Source: Octopus vulgaris | Taxonomy: Eukaryota | Assembly (NCBI GenBank): GCA_951406725.2 | Contig: OX597821.1 | Coordinates: 92,504,001-92,568,000, forward strand | Direction of reading: 5' to 3' | DNA: 64,000 nucleotides | Shown: in pieces, positions 54,596 through 64,000 of the stretch | How the letters are laid out: each line of letters begins with the position of its first letter | Numbering within the stretch: position 1 is the stretch's first letter | The notes under the pieces: generated by a model | Databases searched by the model: none | What the model saw: the letters and a program-made list of their open reading frames with translations, nothing else | Told to the model about the DNA's origin: nothing | Position numbers and translations under genes: made by a program

Positions 54596-54688
<93 letters not shown>

Positions 54689-55390
54689 AACAGAAATATT
54701 TCATGTATGAAGAATTTAGATAAAAAAACGTCTATGAACAAGGCAAAATATATTATCTGGTTTAGAGTATCGATATATTAAATATCTTGTACTTAAATCA
54801 AATTATCACAGTAATATACTAGTTTGCTTATGAATACTAACATACAGATAAACAGATATTTGCCTATATATATTTTGACATATAGTGAGCATTTCATATA
54901 CTAAATACATGCTTAGTTAGTATAGTAGTGTCTCATATATGTGATATGATGAGTTGTAAATTTTCAGTCAAATGAAATTATTCGAGCAATTATTAGGAAA
55001 ATTTTTCTCGGGATATTGAATATGTAACATCAAACAAGGGAAATAACTGAAACCGAATCTGTTGATTAAAAGGTTTTGACGCCACAGACAATGCTTATTA
55101 AAGTGAAAAATCGTCTTTAAAATCAGATGATGTAAAAAACGAACATGTGTTCTCATGAGATAACTAATCTGGAAAAATTGATGGTGATCAATGTATGTAG
55201 AAATAGAGGAAATCTGTTGATGCTGATTATGAATGCGTACAATATGGCAGTTGAGGAAAATACTCTGGAGAAGTGTTCTGTATGCTAGATACAAGCACAA
55301 TACAAGCGCATGTAATATGATGAGTTTAAAAAATGCTATCATCTGAGATTAATCAAGCAAATATTTGACAAGTTTCTCTCTAAGAATGCC

Positions 55391-55447
<57 letters not shown>

Positions 55448-55513
55448 TACTATGAACAGAGTGGTGGCTGCAAGAGTTACAAAATAGCCCTGTAGGACAA
55501 ACAGCAGTATGGC

Positions 55514-55554
<41 letters not shown>

Positions 55555-55574
55555 GTATGTATATATATTTATAT

Positions 55575-55737
55575 ATATTCTGTATTTAAGAGATGAAGAA
55601 TTATGCACATATTTATATTATTAACTTTGTTTCGGCTGATATACCCTATGTACAGCCTTCATCAGGTGTCTTGGAGAAATTTCGAACCTGGGTTCTCATT
55701 CCTAAGGTATTTTTCGATGTTGTTGTTGTTGTTGCTG

Positions 55738-55833
<96 letters not shown>

Positions 55834-55922
55834 TCACTGCCTGGAATCGAACTCGGAATCTTGGGGTTAGTAGCTCACGCTCATAACCCCAAGATTCGGA
55901 CTTCGATTCCAGGCAGTGACCG

Positions 55923-56001
<79 letters not shown>

Positions 56002-56230
56002 AAGAAGAAGAAGAAGAAGAAGATGAAGAAGATGAACAACAACAACAACAACAACAACAGCAACAACAACAACATCGAAAGATACCTTAAGAATGAGAAC
56101 CCAGGTTCGAAATTTTCCCAAGACACCTGATGAAGGCTGGAGGATATATTAGCCGAAATGTTGTGTTAGCAACAAACAAGATGAGGACAAATATCCGTCA
56201 ATTGTAAATAATGCAAATAATATTTACATA
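55575..56230. mobile_element. Head-to-head fold-back element with tRNA-like head, internal triplet microsatellite and HHR
   Basis: Arms ~55629-55869 and 55884-56158 are inverted; flanked by TA repeats. Confidence 0.85.
56122..56167 (+). ncRNA. Minimal type I hammerhead (mirror partial copy 55621-55670 -)
   Basis: gacac-CTGATGA-a-ggctg..tagcc-GAAA-t-GTT-gtgtt; the mirror copy has GAAAC and a perfect ggctg/cagcc stem II. Confidence 0.8.
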
Positions 56231-58779
56231 TATATATATTTTGTGCTCTTTGCTTCTCTCGAGAGGAACAACACGCAGAAAGTGATAGTGATAGATCATC
56301 GCTAGGAGAGCTACGTGCAAGGATTTCCAAGAGTGTGAAGCGATAATCATTTCTTTCAGATGAATAAACAGATACCGACACATAGCAACAGAAATACATT
56401 CCTGAATATTGAAGACATTTGTGGCAAGTTGTGCACAGACCACAATGGCTTGACGATCCACCTCACTAAAAAGAAATACATTAAGACGGTGTATGCAATT
56501 CAGTAAAAACAACAAGAACACAATCTCTGGCTACTAATTTCTAAATACATATGCTGTTAATAATAAATGTCTTGAAGAATCTGATAATTTATTTTCTCCA
56601 TCGCAGTCAAATCTAATTTTCGTCCTAATGGTACCGATTATACATTTTTAACTGCAACTCTATTCAAAATTAAATATTATCATCATAATTATACTTTCAG
56701 AAATTGGAAGAAATTGGACACCATACTGATCACTTATATATCCTATCTAAAAACTAAGAACTCAACCAAAATATTTCTTGTGCCAATAAATTATTTTGTC
56801 GTTTATGCGTACTCGAGAAACTTTTTCTGCTAATACACTGCACTAACACATTGAAGAAACAGAGAATTATTATCTCATTGCTTGCAGAGATGCTGTTATC
56901 TTCTAAAATACAACGGCGACATGTCTCATACTACATTATTATCATTTGCAAAAATAATGAGATCTTTTCCCCTTTTATCATATCTCTCACATTTTTAAGA
57001 AACATATATCGGCATATTAACAGATTTACACATACACTGAACCGACGAATACCCCTATATGCATATTTTATAGTTTGACATTATTCTTCTACTAATTAAT
57101 AATACTGAATGATCACAAATTTACAATATCGTACAGCAATTTAAACCGTAATTTTTAACAGTAAATTATAATGTCACACTAAACTGATGAATACTCATAA
57201 ATTTTTTTCTACATTACCTGGTTTGTCACAGAATGGCAAAACCCCAAGTTGTAATGTTATAGTGTAATCATTAGTTAATAATCAACATACACACAAACAC
57301 AAACATACCACACACACACATTGCATGCTTCTAGTAATGCTTTTTATACACACAAATGTGTGTGTATGCAAAGCATGGTTAGAAGAATGCAATAGTTAAC
57401 ACACATGAGAAAAACACAGTCTCACAAAATGATACTTCCAGGAATAATATACTGGATAACGACTCGAGATCAAACTAATCAAAATGGATAATAGTAATCT
57501 TCACTTCCATACACTATAATATATTCGATCCAATAGAAAAGGATATGACTGCTGGACCAATGGAGATATTGAAACAGGCAGTAATTATCAAAAAGTATAT
57601 TGTTATTCTGCTTACAATTTGTGGACGCATATTATACTTCAAAGGAAATCAAAATTGAAAATATTTCCCTTCGCATATAAAGTATATGCCTGGGTGATAT
57701 GATAGTTTTATTCATTTTCTAATATAAAGGACGCTAGGATCTAATACCTTTAAATAATTGTTCAAATCCTTTATTTATTACAAATAAGAAACAGATTTAA
57801 TATCTTTCAATGAGTGTTTAAGTCCTAGATTAAGAAATGCACGACACGACGTAAACTCGATTAAATAGAAATCTAATTGTGTACGATGCGCATCACTGTT
57901 CCCTTTGGTTTCTTCCTTTCATTTCTCTCTCTCTTTTTTTTCCCTCAATTCTACAGCGAATCAACATACTATTTACATTGGATGCATACATTATCTAGCC
58001 ACCATTCTGCTGTCCACAATTTATTTTACTATTATTGTTGAATACTTTCATTGCTTCTTATTTTTTGTTGATTTTCTGGGAAAACATTTTCACTCTTTTG
58101 CAAAAGAAAAATGCTTTCACCTTCACTTTTTGCAAAGTAAACACTTTATTTTCATGAGGCAGCAGATAGTAATCAGAAAGGAAGGCATTACCGTTTTTTT
58201 TTCTTTTTTCTTTTATTCTTTTTGTTTGTTATCTTTTATCTTTGTAAACTTTTGAAAATTTTCGGCACTCCAAGTTTTATTCTCATTTTACACATTTTTT
58301 TTCCTACATTTCTTCAAAGTTTGCTCGATAAATTTTATTCTCACTTCACATTTAAATAAATTTTAGTTTGAAACGAAATTAAAGACTTGAATACTTGAAA
58401 CGATAAGAGAAGAAAAATGAGATGATACAGGCAAAGGATGAGAAAAAAGAAACAAAGACAGGAAATAAATGTTATAAGACTAAACCAACGGATAAGAAGA
58501 GCCAACATGACTGAGCTGAAATGTGCAAGATACCTAAGGTGTCAAAGAAAAAGTCAACAGATATGATGAGAAAAGATGGACGATGAAAAGCTGAGAGAGT
58601 GGAAAGCAATGAAATGATATGAACGAAGAACAGTGGGCAGAATATCAGGAAAACTTTGAGAAAGGAATCGAACACAACAGAAAAACACAAACAAAGAATG
58701 TTTAAGAAATTTTTCAAGCAAAAAGATAATGTCAGAGATGGTATGGCGTATTTATGATATGACCTTAGAATGAAGAAGT

Positions 58780-59380
58780 GGTAGTTGAGACACACAACAT
58801 CAGAGAAATGGGCAAAACTTGTCCTCATTATAACGCTAGGATTCAGAAATAGTGATAAAGTGCGATTTTCTCTTCAGCAGCCTTATCCTGATGAACTCCA
58901 GTTGATATTTGATGGGAATAATGAAGAAGCTAATAAATTCAAGAAAATATCTGAAATAATTATAGCCGAGCAGTTTATTTAGTGCTTCATTTATTACATC
59001 TGAAGAGAAAGGCTTTATTAATTTACGATTCAAGGGGAGACAAACTACCTTTATTCTGCACCTGATAATGATTGCAAACTTTACATTATTGAAGCTAATG
59101 AAGGTTTACTATAACAAATAGAAGCACTTCAATGTTCAGAATGTTTGCCCGATGTGGTGACTATAATGAAATAAATTATGATGCTTTAGAACTTATACAA
59201 TGAGTGAACAGATCTCGAAGAACAGGAAAATATTGCTTCCCGAAAATATGAACTATGCTTCAGAGGAAAACTTAACATAAGATGGCACAATTTTCCAACG
59301 AGCGATGAAATTGCCTCTGCGTTTATCAGTGAAAATGCTACTCCTCCAGAAATAATACAGTCTTAATACATTCAAGGATC
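58780..59380 (+). mobile_element. Degenerate Helitron Rep/helicase N-terminal region
   Basis: NSDKVRFSLQQPYPDELQLIFDGNNEEANKFKK and RWHNFPTSDEIASAFISENATPP resemble the Helitron 'GKV.L..P.EL..L....F..IR.YN' and 'RRYN.PT..EIAA' motifs. Confidence 0.6.
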
Positions 59381-59535
59381 TTGTATTTATCTTGCCATCT
59401 CGATCCATTGTGTTACTGCCTTTGATTTTCCTATAGGTGTTTTAGCTGGCACGGTGATAAGCAATATATTGAAGAACGATGAACCTGTCTTCGAAATAAG
59501 GCGACTACGAAAGTGCTCTACGGTTACCCTTCTGG

Positions 59536-59567
<32 letters not shown>

Positions 59568-59630
59568 ATGTATATATATAGTAATAATAATAATAATGAT
59601 AGTAGTAGTAGTGGTAGCAGCAGAAGCAGC

Positions 59631-59665
<35 letters not shown>

Positions 59666-59744
59666 GGAATATAATTCCAAACTTACAGGGAAAAATTCAA
59701 TCAAGCAATTCTAAATCAAATTTCTCAATATATAATATATGTTT

Positions 59745-59845
59745 ATAATTAAGAGAAATAACCTCTATTAAGTAATTCAATAGTGAAAGACATTATCCAT
59801 ATTATATAGAATTACTTAATAGAGGTTATTCCTCTTAATTATATA
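59745..59845. repeat. Short fold-back (~37-bp arms) ending in TA repeat, PLE-tail-like
   Basis: ATAATTAAGAGAAATAACCTCTATTAAGTAATTC / GAATTACTTAATAGAGGTTATTCCTCTTAATTAT. Confidence 0.8.
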
Positions 59846-60138
59846 TATATACAAATGTAATAACTTACTGTGGTCAAAGAGAGAGAGGGGGAGAAAAAAT
59901 ATGAGAAAGACAGAAAGCGAATTGGCATCTATAAGGGAAGTAACTCTCTAAAAATGCTTATATAGTTATTTCCCTTACAAACCCGAGCAACGCCGGGCGA
60001 TACTGCTAGTTGTATATAAATATAAGAACTTACTGTGCAGTCGTTGGGGATATCCTGTACTTAATGTGTTTTTTTTATTTATTTATAATTGAACGCTACG
60101 CAGCCTTGTCAACAGTAAGTTCTTGCATTTATATACAA

Positions 60139-60648
60139 CTAGCAGTATCGCCCGGCGTTGCTCGGGTTTGTAAGGGAAATAACTATATAAGCATTTTTAG
60201 AGAGTTACTTCCCTTATAGATGCCAATTCGGGCTTTCTTAGCCATTTCTGTTTTGGTGTCTTCAAGCCATGAAGTCGTTGTTCTAAAAGAACGCTGGTCT
60301 CCTTGACAACGCATTACGACGTTGATTTCTTTACACTCCCTTCCCCACAGCTTCACGGGGTAGGGAAGGGGGAGAAGCAAACAGGTGCAGCTGTGAGCGT
60401 GGACGCCAACTCCGCCGCCATCGACACACGAAAAATTATGCATTAAAATGGAATAAAAAATGATGTTAAATTATTTTTAAAATCGTAGACTCATCGTTGA
60501 CGCGCGCTAATAGCCAGACGGGCTCGATATGAATCACGACTATAAGATACCCGAATTTGGTTAAACTGCACCGCAAAATGTGGGAGGAGTTAGGAATCTA
60601 AATCGAAGGGGACAGACACTCACACAACTAGAGTTTTATATATAGAGA
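60139..60648 (-). mobile_element. Non-autonomous Helitron, full length (same family as 31464)
   Basis: TC start, hairpin, CTAG end on minus; 3' end duplicated in inversion at 59912-60009. Confidence 0.88.
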
Positions 60649-61709
60649 TTTCTGAGACTCCACACCCTGTTTTCTTTCTTTCTCTCTATCCTTCTATAAG
60701 CCTCTATATTTTCCTTTTCTCCTCCTCCCTCTTTGTCTTTCTCTTCCACTTATTCTATATTCTTTTAAAATTTCTCCAAGGCGTTACCCGTTACAATTTG
60801 GCTTGGCCTAACGGCCCTTAATGTTTCTCTTGGTCGGTTGTTTACTCTGTACGTCCACACTTGTTTGCTCGTTCGAAGCCCTAACTCTCCACAAATTTTA
60901 TATTTTAAACATTTCTGGTTGCTGCTGTCTTATGAAGTATTCCTATCTTGTCGTTAAAAGCACGAAATGGGTAGTAATGAATAGTCGACAACTGATGAGC
61001 GAGTTATCTTTTTTTTAGTATTTTGCCCTGTACTTACACTCGTGTGTTGACATATTTTTCACTCGTTGGCGATGTCCTGTACTTAATGTGTATACACATG
61101 CACACATGCACACACACATATTTTTTCTGCGTTTATGGATCATACATTGAAGGGAACAGAATTATGGGATTTATATTTACAGCCATTATGGAATACCGCA
61201 GACGATTTTACCACGGATATATATTATTCTTTCAAAAAATAATTTTAGAACAAGATTGTACCAACGCATATCTATACCAGTAACTTTTTTTTTAAATATA
61301 CTTAAACAACATCTTTTTCATATATTTTTCGTATATTTTTAAACAGCATTCAATTGACTACACAGAAATTCATCCTCTTTGTCTCTGACAAGTGGAATTA
61401 TTACCTAATAATGATTATCAATTATAGATTTCATTTCGAAGGGTAATATATTCATGAAACGATCATAAGATATTTTAAACATCTAAACTTCTTAAATAAT
61501 CACACTTTATATATTTATACATCTATTAATACAATATTATTTTTGACGTATATCTTCTGTGATGATTTTTGATGTAATTTTCCTGCTCTTATTTTATAAT
61601 ATAATATATAATCGCTCTTATCAAATGTCTAAATACCTTTAATATTTTAGACATTTCTCTACCAAGAGCACTTATCAGAAATTCAGTATATTGTATTCTC
61701 ATTGAATAT

Positions 61710-62190
61710 ACCTCCATCCACTACAAACACACCGACTCACACTCATACCTCAACTTCTCCTCCTCCCACCCTAACCATACCAAGCTCTTCATCCCCTACT
61801 TCCAATTCCTCCGTCTTTGCAGGCTCTGCAGTGCCAACCATGACTTTGAGACTTAGTCTCAACTCATGGCTCGCCATTTCATCCTTCATGGACATCCCCT
61901 CACCACTATCCACACCGCCCTTGCCAGACACGTTTCGTGGACCGTGCATCTGCTCTCTCTCCCCACACCCTCCCCGCCGTTACCCACCACACATCACCAC
62001 ACCACACCACCACATCACACCACCCTGCACACACCAGCACTGACCACTTCCCAGCACCTACACCATCATCCACACACCAACACATGCACACATCCACACG
62101 TCAAGGTCACCAGCCCCAACGAATCTAGTCAACGCACAAGACAGCTATTATGCTCCCCACCACAACACAGCACCACGTGGACTCTGTTGA
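61710..62190 (+). mobile_element. Penelope-like element RT C-terminal (thumb) relic
   Basis: TSIHYKHTDSHSYLNFSSSHPNHTKLFIPYFQFLRLCRLCSANHDFET*SQLMARHFILHGHPLTTIHTALAR matches the PLE pattern 'YxKPT...YL...S.HP...K..IPYSQF.R..R.CS...F...F..RGYP'. Confidence 0.85.
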
Positions 62191-63199
62191 GACTAGTAAA
62201 AACAATTATGAACTTTTTTATTACACTTAGCTTTTAAAAATATTTTTGATAAGGTTCGTTTTTTTCAAGAAGAATCGAAACATGTAAAATCTCTCAGAAA
62301 ATTAAAATTTATCTTATATAGTGGCGTTTTCAAACTTCTTATATATATATATATGATATTACAAAAACTGTTGCATTTAACAAGACTACTAAGTGAGTAA
62401 ATATATATCGCCTTGAATTATTATATATTTGCCTGCCTGGGTGAAAATCACATGCTCTTCTCCCACTAAACTAGTTGAATAAAATAACCAGTATTTGAGA
62501 ACAAAGTTCAGACAAATAACCAATCATTGAATGACTACTATAAGTGACATGTTCAAACCACAGATAAAAATCGTGAAACGATGGAAACTTTTCGTGAGAA
62601 GTTATCCTACTCTCATTTTTAGCATACACATACAGAATACCTGGGCGTTTGAAACCAAAGTACATAATGTCTGAAAGGAAAAATTTACCGCAGTTACCGT
62701 ATTATTTGCTGTAGTTATGAGAATTAATAATCAATCATTCTTATTTTCATTTTAAACAAAACGCTTCAACTATATTTTACTCTATCCTACTTCTTCTAGA
62801 AAACGATGTAACACAATTTTAATGAAAGCATATAATCTAATCTAAAAGAAATTAATTGTGATATAATTAATTATCTATTACTTTGCGTTAGTGAGACACG
62901 TTACGCTGAAGCAATCTGCAGATAACGATAATTAAATATAGAGAAAAAATATGTATTTCCTTTAATTATATTTATTTAAATAAAAAAATATGGCTTTCAA
63001 GGTTATTTTCTCCAACACTAGATGAACGAATGTGTGTATATGTGTGCATATGTGTGTATGTGTGTACCTAGAATCTTGATAATCCAAAGAGTTTTGTTAT
63101 TTCCTAATTTAAATTTTCAGCTTACGAATGATAAGTAACACGCCCCTATAAATTCTTAACATTTTCTCTAAATCATTTCATCATTTTATCTTCATATAT

Positions 63200-63800
63200 A
63201 AAACAGAGTTTGCTTTTACGTGTACGCATATGTTCATTATGGATTCGAAAACTGACTTGCCGATTTTAACGTAGGGGGTATGAAAAGGTTCAATAATCTT
63301 TCGGCTACCAAATAAAGTATGTTTTTTTGCGCAACTCTTAATTACAACAAAAATAACCTCACAAACGAGGTTGGGTTGCACAATTTTGAGGTTTTTAGCT
63401 AAAGGAGGCAACTCTACCTGAACAATATGCCTTAGAGCATAATGAGAAAATGTTTAAAATACATGGAGTTTAACCAGTGAATGAAACTTCGAAGATATAT
63501 CGTCAACTTTATTAGTTTTATTTAGTAGATAGTCTTTTAATGTGAAGTATGTTTGTCTGTGTTTTATGTAGCCCAGAGTTTTCTCTGATATAGCAGATCC
63601 ATTGCATAATTTTGGGGGTTTTGTTCCCTGAAATACTGTAAATCTGCGTCTTTCTTTTGATGAAAAAGTGTATTTTAGGAGAGATTTGATTGCTATTTGT
63701 AGTCTGTGTGTGTGAGAGTGTGTATGTGTGTGCGTGTTTTGCAGTGGAAAAAATATTTTTCTCAGAATATTTTGCACAATGATTTTTAAAGAAATCTGGA
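63200..63800 (-). mobile_element. Possible highly decayed Helitron PIF1-helicase fragment
   Basis: Only the PPKLCNG motif is convincing. Confidence 0.3.
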
Positions 63801-64000
63801 CATCTTTCTTACTGCTAGCCATTCATCTTCAAATTACAATTTTTAGTTGTTGGAAGTCAAGTAGACTGAGATGTACATATAGTGTCATTGTATAGAATGG
63901 ACGTTCTATACGAAGTTTTGAACTTATTATCTTGTGGTTTTAAGCACTATTTTACTGGGTTTAGTTTTTCGACTGTCGTCATGATGGGGTATCACCTTCA

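Noticed and set aside
54968-55342. 124-aa minus-strand ORF of non-repetitive sequence
   Set aside because: No recognisable domain; composition is typical of a chance AT-rich ORF.
56590-57720. Faint Helitron helicase-like words (NGT…, LYIL…)
   Set aside because: Too degraded to support by eye.
58888-58930. CTGATGA heptamer (also at 24170, 39483, 57184)
   Set aside because: No flanking stems with GAAA/NUH; lies in coding relics or is chance.

Overview
AT-rich, microsatellite-dense, repeat-dominated eukaryotic DNA. I found no supportable intact host gene. The SINE repertoire and microsatellite density resemble an Octopus/coleoid cephalopod genome (inference from familiarity, not a database hit). 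Almost all listed ORFs are translations of simple repeats or SINEs. The real content is: three abundant tRNA-headed SINE families (several with clear TSDs); a near-full-length Tc1 element with DD36E spacing; maT- and DUF4817-type mariner relics; R4/Dong-type RLE LINEs (one young copy in a TAA array); an RTE 3' end; a solo LTR; Helitron relics and non-autonomous Helitrons; and Penelope-like (PLE) RT and GIY-YIG relics. The most striking signal is RNA-structural. Many short elements sitting in (TA)n tracts, often as inverted or direct repeats, carry hammerhead ribozyme (HHR) motifs: canonical type I forms, variant cores (CUGUAGA, CCGAUGA, CUGAUGC), and one with a tRNA-like head. Two sequence-unrelated families (16086-16162 + and 33301-33373 -) carry all hammerhead catalytic strands in a reversed, pseudoknotted order that fits none of types I/II/III. 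One of them sits in ~260-bp direct repeats 777 bp apart, a retrozyme-like layout. All pairings and translations were read by eye; none were computed.
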